Position numbers and translations under genes: made by a program
Virus record (IMG/VR): IMGVR_UViG_3300049061_000067
Coordinates: 9-64,008 of that record
Reading direction: 5' to 3' (one strand)
DNA length: 64,000 nucleotides
DNA from: a virus
In this document: positions 36,848-46,558 of the stretch, in pieces
Layout: every line of letters starts with the position of its first letter
How positions within the stretch are numbered: position 1 is the stretch's first letter
Notes under the pieces: generated by a model
The model's input: only the letters and a program-made list of their open reading frames with translations
Databases searched by the model: none
Told to the model about the DNA's origin: nothing

Positions 36848-37117
36848 GTGGCGATTCTGATTTGGTTCGTAGCGGCTGCGATTTGGATGGCCGCAACCGT
36901 AGCGCTCTATCGCGCCTGTCGGCCAACTAACGACAGTTCGGCACTCACGGATGCAGTGTGTAGTTTTATTTTCTGGCCGCTGATTCTTCCCTTCTGGTCA
37001 GTCAGTACCGCGTGGAAGGCTGGCCAAATCTACGGAGCGCGGATCGTGGCGTGGAACGATCATCGAAGACAACCTAAAGCTCTTCGCGCCGGTTCGGACA
37101 ACGGATTATATGACTAA
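36848..37117 (+). CDS. Small membrane protein (2 TM)
   Basis: ILIWFVAAAIWMAATVALY and FIFWPLILPFW. Confidence 0.4.
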   Translation: MAILIWFVAAAIWMAATVALYRACRPTNDSSALTDAVCSFIFWPLILPFWSVSTAWKAGQIYGARIVAWNDHRRQPKALRAGSDNGLYD

Positions 37118-37460
37118 AAGAGCAACCGCAATGACCCGGACGAAGGCGACAGTCTGGACGCAAGCGGACGCGAACGGATTCTACTGGTGGCGCTACGACA
37201 AAGACGCCACGCCGGAACCGGTCGAAGTGCGAGACGGAGTGTTTTACTGCATCGCGGATACCGATCCAACAAGCATGTCGCTTGGAGAGTTTCTTGGTCC
37301 TATCACGCCAGAGTTATGCAGCGAGCGCAATGCGCTACTTCGTGAAGTAGCCCAACTGCGAGAGGCGCTTGACAACGTACTGCAATGCTTCCGCAACGGC
37401 GCAATGCCTGATCGCTCAATAGTTGGCGCGGCGGAGGCGGTGCTAGCAAAGGAAAGGTAA
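37110..37460 (+). CDS. Hypothetical protein
   Basis: ORF track. Confidence 0.4.
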   Translation: MTKRATAMTRTKATVWTQADANGFYWWRYDKDATPEPVEVRDGVFYCIADTDPTSMSLGEFLGPITPELCSERNALLREVAQLREALDNVLQCFRNGAMPDRSIVGAAEAVLAKER

Positions 37461-37545
37461 CGAGTGATGGCAAGTGAATTAGCGCTACAGGTTGCTAAGC
37501 GACATCTCGAAACGACAAGAACCGTTGGGGCAAAGGAGAGAACTG

Positions 37546-37800
37546 ATGCCGAAGTTTAGAAAGAAACCCGTAGTAATTGAAGCGGTTCGCAACACGCGGA
37601 CCTTACAACCCGCAGACTTGCATGCGTTTCTTGGTTCATTTGATGGTGTTCGAATCGAAGGTGAGGAATTGGTAATCTCAACACTTGAAGGCGAAATGCG
37701 GGCTAATCGCGGCGACTGGATCATTAAGGGAGTGAAAGGTGAATTTTATCCGTGTAAGCCCGACATCTTTGAAGCGACCTACGAAGCAGTGGAAGGTTAG
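37546..37800 (+). CDS. Hypothetical protein
   Basis: Start refined to the ATG after AAGGAGAG. Confidence 0.4.
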   Translation: MPKFRKKPVVIEAVRNTRTLQPADLHAFLGSFDGVRIEGEELVISTLEGEMRANRGDWIIKGVKGEFYPCKPDIFEATYEAVEG

Positions 37801-37803
37801 ACC

Positions 37804-37989
37804 GTGAGCACAACTAGAGAAGCAGAGATAGCATTCGAGAAGTGGTGGGCGCGTAACCATCCGTTTGACTGGTGGGCCAAGGAACGAAAAGGCCAACCAC
37901 TTGATCACGGCGACCGCCTACGAGTCTGGGATGTATGCCGCCGTGCGTATATCGCCGCCGCTATCAGAGAAGGGAAGCCACAGGAATGA
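37804..37989 (+). CDS. Hypothetical protein
   Basis: ORF track. Confidence 0.35.
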   Translation: MSTTREAEIAFEKWWARNHPFDWWAKERKGQPLDHGDRLRVWDVCRRAYIAAAIREGKPQE

Positions 37990-38117
37990 GTGAGAAGGAG
38001 CAGGAGTCAATCGCTATCTACCTCAGTCGCGCTGATGCTAACCGCGTTGCCGATCTGTTGGCAGATTCCGGCGACAGGAAGACGAAAGCATTGCTGAAAA
38101 TATCCGTTATCAAGTGA
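37986..38117 (+). CDS. Small protein
   Basis: ATGA overlap. Confidence 0.3.
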   Translation: MSEKEQESIAIYLSRADANRVADLLADSGDRKTKALLKISVIK

Positions 38118-38142
38118 AGACGGAAAGTGAGAATGAACAATT

Positions 38143-38436
38143 ATGATTCGATGTATTCAGACCGAAGACACGCCAGCGTTTGAGCACGGGTTTGACAACC
38201 GAGAGCTTCACCGTGGACGCGTCTTTAGAACACAGCAAAACGGCATACCCATTGAGGCAACGATCTATCTAGGTAATCACGGGAAGCGTAAGAACGCCGA
38301 ACTGCTTCTAAGTGTCGGTAACCTTCACTTCCGTTTTATACAGGCAGACGTTGCGGAGGTCTTCGATGGCGAGCCAGATGAGAACTTTGGGGACAACCCC
38401 CAATACACATTGCGCTCGCATGGAGGCCCGCGATGA
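38143..38436 (+). CDS. Hypothetical protein
   Basis: ORF track. Confidence 0.4.
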   Translation: MIRCIQTEDTPAFEHGFDNRELHRGRVFRTQQNGIPIEATIYLGNHGKRKNAELLLSVGNLHFRFIQADVAEVFDGEPDENFGDNPQYTLRSHGGPR

Positions 38437-39008
38437 ATGGACCACCAGAGAGAATCTGGCTCTACGGCGGTCTTAAATACGGCAGGATGATTGCGTACAC
38501 GAATCCGGCGCGGTGGGTAGGCTCGTTACGGTCGACATCAAGCTACACGGAGTACGTGCGCGCTGACCTTCCCCGCGCTACAGCAGCTGACATTGAGCGC
38601 AAGCGAATCATCGCTATGGCAGATGCACTGGAATACGAGCTGCCCAACTATGAGCAGATGAAGGGCGTCGAGGCCTTACGAAAGAAGCTACAAGCAGAAC
38701 CTCCCCGCGCTACCGGAGAAACAACAGTTGAAGGATGTCTGGCTGAGTTGCGGGAGATATTTCCACGTCATTACTGTTCAGTCTCGCACGAGGGGCGACT
38801 GGTACTAGGTATGGGTTGGAAACTAGAGAAGATTGAAACAGTAGCAAGAATTCGTATTACGTCCGCGACCGTTAAGGACACAATGTTACCAATTGAGGCT
38901 GACGCGGACTCGCTCAACGAGGCAATGGCTCAGGTCCGCGAGTGGGCCAGCAAACAAGTTCGCGCCACCCGCACGCGAGAGCCAGAAGGAGCAAGCAGTG
39001 AAGATTGA
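38433..39008 (+). CDS. Hypothetical protein (191 aa)
   Basis: ORF track. Confidence 0.4.
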   Translation: MNGPPERIWLYGGLKYGRMIAYTNPARWVGSLRSTSSYTEYVRADLPRATAADIERKRIIAMADALEYELPNYEQMKGVEALRKKLQAEPPRATGETTVEGCLAELREIFPRHYCSVSHEGRLVLGMGWKLEKIETVARIRITSATVKDTMLPIEADADSLNEAMAQVREWASKQVRATRTREPEGASSED

Positions 39009-39336
39009 AATCAGCAGCGGGCAATTCCGCCGTACTTACACCGCACCGTCAGGTCACGATGCCGTGCGGAAATTCTTTGATGAGATTAGGGCAGGGAAGA
39101 TTGATCTAGGCGATCTTGGTCTTATCGGTGAGTGGGCCGACGCGAAAGAAGCCTATCCATTTCGGATCGTACCCGCACTTTGCAAAGCGGGATTTATTAC
39201 GTGGAGCCAAATGGAGAATCTTCACAAACTTGCGGGCGCGAATTTTACACAAGCCGAACTAACGGAAATGGTCAACACGGACTCGTGGATGGTGCGCACC
39301 AGTGCGGACGTGGAAGAAATAACAACGGTGCAGTAA
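38998..39336 (+). CDS. Hypothetical protein
   Basis: GTG start after the conserved leader ACCCGCACGCGAG...GAAGGAG. Confidence 0.4.
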   Translation: MKIEISSGQFRRTYTAPSGHDAVRKFFDEIRAGKIDLGDLGLIGEWADAKEAYPFRIVPALCKAGFITWSQMENLHKLAGANFTQAELTEMVNTDSWMVRTSADVEEITTVQ

Positions 39337-39388
39337 GTCCCGCGCCGCCACCCGCACGGAAGTGAAACAGTAGAAGGAGAAAACACCA

Positions 39389-39721
39389 ATGGAGGAAAAA
39401 CCGATCACTGGGCTTTGGAGAAACGACCCAGCAACACCGGAAGGAAAGTATCTGGTAAAACGTCGCGACGGAAGCGTGGTCGAGTGGCCTAACTTCGTCA
39501 TTGGAGCTAAAGACCCTGCGGCCCCGGCAGCATTGCGGGCCTATGCGAAAGAAGCGGAGAGATTGGGCTTCTATAGCGGCTATGTCGCGGATTTGTACGA
39601 ACTGGCCGGTAAGTTTGAGCAATATCGAATCGTTCATGGCTCCGGCGATCCGGATCGTGGGAGACACAGGAAAGACGATGTAGCAACCATTGCCGAGATG
39701 CGCAGCGGTCAAGGAAGCTAA
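39389..39721 (+). CDS. Hypothetical protein
   Basis: Preceded by the same leader motif. Confidence 0.45.
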   Translation: MEEKPITGLWRNDPATPEGKYLVKRRDGSVVEWPNFVIGAKDPAAPAALRAYAKEAERLGFYSGYVADLYELAGKFEQYRIVHGSGDPDRGRHRKDDVATIAEMRSGQGS

Positions 39722-39751
39722 GACCCGCACGGAAGGGGAAGGAGAGAAACT

Positions 39752-39937
39752 GTGAAAGAGTTAGTCTGGTTCAACGTCTCAGTTCTGTATTCGGCGATCT
39801 GCGCGGCGTTCGCCGTTGAGTCTGCGGCTGGTACTAAACGACTCGTGTTGGTGTTTCTTGCGGTTCACGGTGCGTTGTGGGCGGTTTACCGCGCGGGCGA
39901 TCTCCTGAGAAAGCGAGCGCGAAGTGAAAGGCGGTAG
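39752..39937 (+). CDS. Small membrane protein
   Basis: Preceded by the same leader motif. Confidence 0.4.
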   Translation: MKELVWFNVSVLYSAICAAFAVESAAGTKRLVLVFLAVHGALWAVYRAGDLLRKRARSERR

Positions 39938-40135
39938 CTGAAGCGATGGGTGAGTCGTATCGAATGAGTCAGAAGCTCCGCGAGGAACTGGAATACATTG
40001 CTGGACTCTGCAATAATGGCGAGTCGCACGTAGCGGGCGATCGGCGACACGCTTGGCTACTCGTGCCCGAACTGTAAAGATTGTCCCGCAAGCACTATCA
40101 CTCCCAATAAGGCAGGGCCAGCCAGGGTAATTCGC

Positions 40136-40474
40136 ATGTCAATGGAAGAGCTACACGACTCAATTGGAATGGAAGATGGTGATGGTCCGCTAACCCAACG
40201 CGAATTAGACTTTCTCTGGGAGCAACTGGAAACCGCTGGACCAGTGTTCAGGAAACGGGTTATAGACGCTCTCACGGTCCCATCCGCTAAGGCGCTTATA
40301 CAAGGTATCGCTAGAGAGGTTCGAGCGACGGCCCGCACCAACACCATCAGCGAGTGCATTGAGAAGCTGAATGCTCTATCTATCCTGCCGTTCGACGCCG
40401 TACCCTATATACGCCGGGATGACGCGGTGGCGGCACTGGAAGCGCTGGTTGAAAGTAAGCAAGAAAGTTGTTGA
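40136..40474 (+). CDS. Hypothetical protein
   Basis: ORF track. Confidence 0.4.
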   Translation: MSMEELHDSIGMEDGDGPLTQRELDFLWEQLETAGPVFRKRVIDALTVPSAKALIQGIAREVRATARTNTISECIEKLNALSILPFDAVPYIRRDDAVAALEALVESKQESC

Positions 40475-40507
40475 CAGTGATAGCGGACAATGCTACTTTA
40501 GCCGCCG

Positions 40508-40744
40508 ATGCGAACACGAAAAGGCTACAGAGCGTGTCCAACGTGTGGCGGCAATGGTCAGGTGATTGATCAAGTCGAGCAAGGTCGACGGTTGCGTGCG
40601 CTGCGCAAGGCTGCAAATAAGGGGCTACGTGAAGTAGCGGCAATTATCGGTTACTCGCCTGCGTATCTCAGTGACCTTGAACTTGGACGCCGTCAGTGGA
40701 ATGAATACCTCATTGAGCGATTTAAGCAAGCGGTACGTGCGTGA
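40508..40744 (+). CDS. XRE-type HTH regulator with an N-terminal CxxCxGxG zinc knuckle
   Basis: CPTCGGNGQV, then LRALRKAANKGLREVAAIIGYSPAYLSDLELGRR (HTH_XRE-like). Confidence 0.5.
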   Translation: MRTRKGYRACPTCGGNGQVIDQVEQGRRLRALRKAANKGLREVAAIIGYSPAYLSDLELGRRQWNEYLIERFKQAVRA

Positions 40745-41778
40745 CCAACTACTCTAACAGCTATCTGCAACGCTTTCGTGAGTGCCCGCTGGCTTGCTAC
40801 TACCACAACGAGCTTTGCCTGCGAAGGCGTGAGGATGGCGGCGAGTCGCATCACATGGTTTACTCTCGGGCCTTCCATGAGGGACTGCGCTTAATTCACC
40901 TTGGTGAACCACTGCGAACGGCACAAGAGGCGTTTCTTGCTAGTTACCCGCGCCAATTAGATGAAAGCGATCTCGCTAAAACGCGGCAAAACGGCGTCAC
41001 GGCATTGGCGCAATATGTGAGCCGCTGGCGTGAGGAAGACAAGCGATACAAGGTGCTCAGCGTTGAGACGCTGGACAAGCAAGAGGACGGCTTTGTGGTC
41101 AAGCTGGACCTCGTGATTGAAGATATTGCTACGGGCCAGATCTACGGCATGGACCACAAAACCACAAAGAAATACTTGAACTACGATTACTGGGCAGGCT
41201 TTGAACCAAACTCTCAGATCGTTGAATACGTGCGCTACATCAAGGAGCGATGGGGCTTTTGTGACGGTTTCATCATTGACGCCATTAGCTTTCGCTGGCT
41301 TGCAGAGAAAGACAAGCGTGGAGGCTTCAACGGGCAATGGTTAGACATCGACAACGCCGAGCAGTACGGCTACTCACACGGTGAGCGCCGCTTCTCGAAG
41401 TACCATAAGCGCGAGATGCTTGCGTGTTGGGGACTGCGTACCTCGTTTGAGCGCCAGACGTTCAACGTCAATGGGCGGCAGATGGAAGCGGACCTTGATT
41501 CGCGTCACTACTGGGTGGACCGAGTTGAGCACGCGAAAGCAACAGGTGTCTGGGGCATGAATACCTCGCAGTGTAAGTTCTGCGAATACCGTGATCTTTG
41601 CAAGGCTGGCTGGTTCTATCCTGATGATGCGGAGTTGATTGAGCTTAACTATCGACGCATTTGCGGGCGTTGGTTTGGTGAACCACTTGCGCCGTGTCAA
41701 CTTGACCGCGAACATGAGGGCGAGCATGCGCTACAATCGCCGGAGTTTGCGCCCACTGAGATCACTATAGAGGTTTAA
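40741..41778 (+). CDS. PD-(D/E)XK nuclease of the Cas4/RecB family with a C-terminal Fe-S Cys cluster
   Basis: DLVIEDIATGQIYGMDHKTTKK (motifs II/III). N-terminal C-P-L-A-C plus C-terminal CKFCEYRDLC, the 4-Cys pattern of Cas4-like exonucleases. Confidence 0.55.
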   Translation: MTNYSNSYLQRFRECPLACYYHNELCLRRREDGGESHHMVYSRAFHEGLRLIHLGEPLRTAQEAFLASYPRQLDESDLAKTRQNGVTALAQYVSRWREEDKRYKVLSVETLDKQEDGFVVKLDLVIEDIATGQIYGMDHKTTKKYLNYDYWAGFEPNSQIVEYVRYIKERWGFCDGFIIDAISFRWLAEKDKRGGFNGQWLDIDNAEQYGYSHGERRFSKYHKREMLACWGLRTSFERQTFNVNGRQMEADLDSRHYWVDRVEHAKATGVWGMNTSQCKFCEYRDLCKAGWFYPDDAELIELNYRRICGRWFGEPLAPCQLDREHEGEHALQSPEFAPTEITIEV

Positions 41779-41834
41779 CCCTCTAAACGCTACAAACGCC
41801 GATAGCATGTCGCTGCGGCCCTTTGAAAGGATGA

Positions 41835-42746
41835 TTGACAATGCCAGATCGCGCAACATTCCTTGAGCGCAAGCCCGCGCTCACGCTTAACATTTCAGGC
41901 TACTTCGGAAGTGGGAAGACGCTGCAATCGTTATCGTTCCCTAAGTGCTACGTTATTAGTTGCGACCCTGCCGGTCTTGAGACGGTGCGCCAACCCGCCA
42001 ACAAGCGTTTCCTTGACAACTTAGTGTGGTACGAGGAATTGCACATTGAGACAAAGGGTGAGTTAGTTGGCACCTTCAAGGAGAACGCTACCAGTGAGCA
42101 GCGTGAAAGCGTCTATGGATGCTTGACCCACGCAAGACAACTGGCAGCAGACGCCGCCATCGAGACGCTAGTAATTGACGGCTTCACCTACTTCGTGGAC
42201 ATGAAGTGGCGACAGATCAACGAATACGAGGTCGCCAAGTCAGCCACTACGGGCAACGTCGACTCACAAACAATGTATCGCAACCTCGGTCTGTACCTGC
42301 ATCGCTTTGTGGCTGCTGACTTGATGACAATGGCAACGCGCCACAAGCTAAACGTCGTGCTCACAACGCACCTCAAACGTGAGAGTGAAGAGGCAGTGCA
42401 AGGGAATGCGAACATTAAGAATCGCGCCAAGAAGGTGATGACCAACAGCGACATTGCGCCCATGATTGAGGGCGGCTTTCGTAACAAGCTCAGCGGACTT
42501 GTTGGCGCAGATCTTTATCTTGAGAAGTCATTGAAGGATGGCAAGGTACAGTATGAAGCAATCTGCGACATTGCACGAGGCTTGGGAACAATCGTCAACG
42601 CTAAAAACCGTTTCGGCTTGCCTGCACGCTTAGACCTGACGAACAAATCATTGTATGACGCAATCATGAATTCACTGCAAGTCAAAGCCGATGTGGCTAA
42701 GGCTACTGCGGCACCAACTACGATGCCCACAAAAACGGGCGCGTAA
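41835..42746 (+). CDS. RecA-like/AAA ATPase, Sak4-like recombination protein
   Basis: Walker A GYFGSGKT. Size and genomic context (nuclease-ATPase-SSB-RusA). Confidence 0.5.
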   Translation: MTMPDRATFLERKPALTLNISGYFGSGKTLQSLSFPKCYVISCDPAGLETVRQPANKRFLDNLVWYEELHIETKGELVGTFKENATSEQRESVYGCLTHARQLAADAAIETLVIDGFTYFVDMKWRQINEYEVAKSATTGNVDSQTMYRNLGLYLHRFVAADLMTMATRHKLNVVLTTHLKRESEEAVQGNANIKNRAKKVMTNSDIAPMIEGGFRNKLSGLVGADLYLEKSLKDGKVQYEAICDIARGLGTIVNAKNRFGLPARLDLTNKSLYDAIMNSLQVKADVAKATAAPTTMPTKTGA

Positions 42747-42781
42747 ATATCAACAATCAAACTTGAAGGAGCTAAATAACC

Positions 42782-43375
42782 ATGTCAGCCACAGAGGAAG
42801 CATTGAACTACGGCGACGAAACGGATGATACGCCCGATTGGGTCACGGAAGGCGACGAGGACATCAGCGTTGGCGATCTATCGCACGTACCAGACGACGA
42901 TACGACGCCTACCGCACGAAACGTAGTGTTTGAAATCCGCAAGGCCACACTTGATACGCAGGAGTACAAAACCGAAGGCGGTCCGAAAGTGTGGGCCAAG
43001 AAGAACCTACACCTAGAATTGAAAGTTGGTCCCGAGGGAGCAGGCGAACCCGGTGAGGACGGCAAGCCGCGTTATGTTGGCAAGGTATTCTTCGTCAACC
43101 TATTGCTGGCGCTCAATCGCGAAGACTTTCCCGATGCGTTCAAGTATGACAAGTACGCTCCTGACGGCAAGGCATGGCGTCCCACGAAACAGTTCTACAA
43201 AGCCATGGGCGGCGACGTCGCCAACATTCAGATTACGCGCCAGTTTCGTGAAGAACTTGTTGGCAAACTGGTCAAGGCTGACATTATCAAGCGCGCAAAG
43301 CGAGCGCAAGTTGAAGGCGTCTGGACGGATCAGGGCAGCGAGAATGTGATTGAAAACTATCGGAAAGTAGAGTAG
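42782..43375 (+). CDS. Putative ssDNA-binding protein (DUF669-like)
   Basis: Acidic N-terminus. Position directly after the Sak4-like gene, as in many Sak4 modules. Confidence 0.35.
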   Translation: MSATEEALNYGDETDDTPDWVTEGDEDISVGDLSHVPDDDTTPTARNVVFEIRKATLDTQEYKTEGGPKVWAKKNLHLELKVGPEGAGEPGEDGKPRYVGKVFFVNLLLALNREDFPDAFKYDKYAPDGKAWRPTKQFYKAMGGDVANIQITRQFREELVGKLVKADIIKRAKRAQVEGVWTDQGSENVIENYRKVE

Positions 43376-43380
43376 ACGCG

Positions 43381-43770
43381 ATGGGGGCCACAGAGGGCGG
43401 TGAGTACAGGTTTACGATTCCAGTCTTGCCGCCTTCTGTGAATGCTTTGCACAACATCATTTACTCGCAGCGCAAGGTAGAACTAAAACCAGAGGTTCGC
43501 AAGTGGAAGAACGACGCCACGGTGTTTGTGCCAAGGATTGTATTGCAATCGGAGAAGTCGATCATTCGCGTCGATACTGTCTTTTACTATCGCTTCTATT
43601 ATGCCAATGGCAACCTACGAGAGTTTGACACGCACAACGCGGTCAAGCCGTTGCTAGACCTGATTGCAGCAAAGGCAGGATTCAATGATAAGCGGGTCAA
43701 GTGCGGTTCATGGGATAGCATTGACGGCATTGATGAAAAAGTTGAAGTAACGCTAAGAGAACTCCACTGA
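43381..43770 (+). CDS. rusA: RusA-family Holliday junction resolvase
   Basis: LPPSVNALH near the N-terminus. ~130 aa with conserved acidic residues. Confidence 0.6.
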   Translation: MGATEGGEYRFTIPVLPPSVNALHNIIYSQRKVELKPEVRKWKNDATVFVPRIVLQSEKSIIRVDTVFYYRFYYANGNLREFDTHNAVKPLLDLIAAKAGFNDKRVKCGSWDSIDGIDEKVEVTLRELH

Positions 43771-43790
43771 CCAGCCAATGCCCATGCTGA

Positions 43791-43988
43791 ATGAAACGAT
43801 TGACGTTGGGGAGGATCGCTGATATGCGCGGTGATACTGGTTATGCTTACCTACCAGCCGGACAGGCTGAGGCTGAATTTGCTAAGTACGAAACGCGTAT
43901 CAAGGCGCTGGAACAGTTGAGCGCGTCACTGGCGGCGCAGGTTGATCGGATGCGCCCGCTGTGCGATGCCGCTGTCGCGTGGGCTTAA
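43791..43988 (+). CDS. Hypothetical coiled-coil protein
   Basis: ORF track. Confidence 0.35.
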   Translation: MKRLTLGRIADMRGDTGYAYLPAGQAEAEFAKYETRIKALEQLSASLAAQVDRMRPLCDAAVAWA

Positions 43989-44077
43989 TGACGATGAAAG
44001 CAAAGGTAACAGCGCAAACAATCTCTTAGATGCGGCTGATATCTACGAGCGGGTAATGGTTCAATTAAAGGTGATAG

Positions 44078-44299
44078 GTGATGGCGCTAAAAATTGTCGC
44101 AACGTATAGCCACGGCACTAATAAATTCTGGGTCTACGAACACAAAAGCGACGAAGGTATCTTCAAGTTCTGGGTGCCGCATAGCAAGCGCATTGAAGGC
44201 ACTAGCCGCTATCAGTCTCAACGACCACCAACAACAATGGACATTCACGTTGAGTTTGAGCGAGGCGAGCAGCAATTGGCCCAACAGGAAAGCGAGTAA
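44078..44299 (+). CDS. Hypothetical protein
   Basis: ORF track. Confidence 0.35.
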   Translation: MMALKIVATYSHGTNKFWVYEHKSDEGIFKFWVPHSKRIEGTSRYQSQRPPTTMDIHVEFERGEQQLAQQESE

Positions 44300-44300
44300 C

Positions 44301-44423
44301 ATGACCTACCACTGCCACTGCTGCGGCAATCAGCTTTGTGAATGTTCGCAATACCAATGCGACAATTGTGGCGCGTGCTCGACGTGTTGTGAGTGTGGGG
44401 AGGGTGAGCGCCCTGGTTCATAG
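44301..44423 (+). CDS. Metallothionein-like micro-protein (40 aa, 13 Cys)
   Basis: MTYHCHCCGNQLCECSQYQCDNCGACSTCCECGEGERPGS. RBS AGGAAAG. Below the ORF-track cutoff. Confidence 0.4.
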   Translation: MTYHCHCCGNQLCECSQYQCDNCGACSTCCECGEGERPGS

Positions 44424-44521
44424 TCGGCTGCTAGCGCCGCTGATTTAAGTTACGACGCGAATGCGCGGGTTTAAGTATCGTCCAAAGGGGCGCTCAGGGT
44501 AAACAGGAGGACAATCAGACA

Positions 44522-44752
44522 ATGGATGCAAACCAACTACGGGAACTGACAGCAAGCGAGGACGCTAGATTGGCGCGAGAAGCAGCGGCTGACATCTACG
44601 GAGAGCACGGCATATCGTACGTGCGAGACGTGTTTACTGATGGCCGGGACGCCGCAATGACGTATATCGGATCATCCCGTCACCGAGCAGTACACAGTGA
44701 AGAGGAAAACGGTTACCCGTCTTTCCGTGATAGCGGAATGCCACTAGGGTAA
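44522..44752 (+). CDS. Hypothetical protein
   Basis: ORF track. Confidence 0.35.
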   Translation: MDANQLRELTASEDARLAREAAADIYGEHGISYVRDVFTDGRDAAMTYIGSSRHRAVHSEEENGYPSFRDSGMPLG

Positions 44753-44771
44753 CACGAAAGGGTTAGACATA

Positions 44772-45029
44772 ATGGACGCCGAACAATTACAAACACTGGT
44801 AACCAACGCACTACTGGACCACTGGCCGCCGCATCTGGGCGTGAAGACTGGGGCGGAGAAAATCGCCTATCTGGCTGAGCGGTTGCGAGAGTCAGTAGAT
44901 GTCCAGGCACGCAACGACGAATTGATAGAAGAGAATCGTGATCTGACCGAAAGGGTTGGCGACTTGGAGTCTGACGTTGAGGACCTTGAAGAAGAGATCG
45001 AGGAGTTGAAAGCTAAGGTCAAGCAATGA
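44772..45029 (+). CDS. Acidic coiled-coil protein
   Basis: ORF track. Confidence 0.35.
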   Translation: MDAEQLQTLVTNALLDHWPPHLGVKTGAEKIAYLAERLRESVDVQARNDELIEENRDLTERVGDLESDVEDLEEEIEELKAKVKQ

Positions 45030-46108
45030 TCACCCTCCCCCGCGCCCAACTTGCCGCTGAGCTTGCATTGCTTACTGTTACAGCTGAGCGCAAAACTACG
45101 ATCCCTATACTCAGCACTGTGAGGTTTGAGTTCACCGGCAACACGCTTACGTTTACCAGCACCGACATTGACACTACTATCATCACTGAGATTGAGGCGT
45201 CAGGTGAGCTGTGGTCAGGATGTGTACCGTCAAAGCAGTTACAGGAGTTGGTGCGGCTGTTCAATGGCGACACAGTTGAGTTCACGCCTAAGCCAAACGA
45301 ACGCATTCAGGTCAAGTGTGGTAAGTCAAGTCACAAGTTGCCTGCGTTCCCAGTGGCAAGCTTCCCTGAAACGCAGCAGGCACAAGTGGAGATGGCGGCC
45401 TTGGACGGCGCTCAACTTAAGACGGCAATCGTCCGCGCGCTGAGATGTACCTCCCCTGACGCCGTTGAGGCATGGATGCATGGTATATCGTTGCGGTCGC
45501 GCGATGGAGTACTCACTGTGGCAGGCACCAACAGCCGTCACTTTGCGGTGACAGAGATTGCCACGACGCTGGATGTTGACGTCCTGCTGCATGTTCGTGC
45601 TGCAACTGCGCTAACCAAGTTTCTTGACGGTGAAGTGGAAGTCGGCGCAAACAGTAATCAGGCAGTCTTTCGCCAAGGGTCTAAAGTGTTTGCTACTCGA
45701 CTGCTTGACGCCAAGTTTCCTGACTGGCGACCACTGGTGCCAACTAGCTTCAAACATTCGTTTGTGCTGGACAGTGCGGCCACGGCACTGGCATTCAAGC
45801 TGGCAGCAGTGACCGCCAAAGAGTCGGCGCTGATTCCAGTCCCTTTGCGTCTCAGCCTGTCGCAAACGGAGCTGACCATTGAGACAAAGGAAAGCGAGAT
45901 GGGCCATTCCGTTGAGACTCTGCCGATTGACTGTCCCACGCTAAACGGCGACAAGCTGACTATTGGCGTCAACGGGCAACACTTTATCTCGTTTGTCGAT
46001 CTGGAAAGTAATCCGGTCATGGCTTTCAACGATGACCTGCGATTGTTTCAGTTGGGCGTTGAAGGTGAACCAGGCTATCGCTATATCACCATGACGTTGA
46101 AAGCATAA
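45026..46108 (+). CDS. DNA polymerase III beta sliding clamp homologue
   Basis: 360 aa. TIPILSTVRFEFTGNTLTFTSTDIDTTI resembles E. coli DnaN TLPILGNLLLQVADGTLSLTGTDLEMEM. HKLPAFPVASFPE resembles FSLSTLPAADFPN. Confidence 0.6.
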   Translation: MITLPRAQLAAELALLTVTAERKTTIPILSTVRFEFTGNTLTFTSTDIDTTIITEIEASGELWSGCVPSKQLQELVRLFNGDTVEFTPKPNERIQVKCGKSSHKLPAFPVASFPETQQAQVEMAALDGAQLKTAIVRALRCTSPDAVEAWMHGISLRSRDGVLTVAGTNSRHFAVTEIATTLDVDVLLHVRAATALTKFLDGEVEVGANSNQAVFRQGSKVFATRLLDAKFPDWRPLVPTSFKHSFVLDSAATALAFKLAAVTAKESALIPVPLRLSLSQTELTIETKESEMGHSVETLPIDCPTLNGDKLTIGVNGQHFISFVDLESNPVMAFNDDLRLFQLGVEGEPGYRYITMTLKA

Positions 46109-46383
46109 TGGTAAAACGACTAGAACAGCCTGAATGGGGCTTTATGACACCCGCTGAATTGCAGCGCCGTCTGCTTTTAGAGTGTGACGCAGGCGAGCAT
46201 AAGCATGGCAAACTGCAATCAGCCCATGAGGTTTTCGCGGTTATCCTTGGTGAGCTACAGGGGTTCTGGGACAGCGTGCGCGACCACGACCCTGACCCGC
46301 AGGAGTTGTTGCAAATCGCAGCCGTCGCGCGACGCGGCATACTTGACCTGACTGAGGCGGCACGTAATGGCGTCATACGCTGA
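46108..46383 (+). CDS. Hypothetical protein
   Basis: ORF track. Confidence 0.35.
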   Translation: MVKRLEQPEWGFMTPAELQRRLLLECDAGEHKHGKLQSAHEVFAVILGELQGFWDSVRDHDPDPQELLQIAAVARRGILDLTEAARNGVIR

Positions 46384-46558
46384 GCTAAAGTTCAAGCCTA
46401 CAGGCAAGCGTCGTTACTGCCCGCATTGTCGTGCCACACGGTTGACGAAGATCTCCACAACTACCATTGAGTGGGACTGCTACGTCGAGGCATGTAAGCG
46501 CTGCGGTAACTGGCTCATTAAGTGGCCCAAGAAGACTTATGACGACTACATACGCTGA
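46367..46558 (+). CDS. Zn-ribbon protein
   Basis: CPHCR...CKRCGN. Confidence 0.4.
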   Translation: MASYAELKFKPTGKRRYCPHCRATRLTKISTTTIEWDCYVEACKRCGNWLIKWPKKTYDDYIR

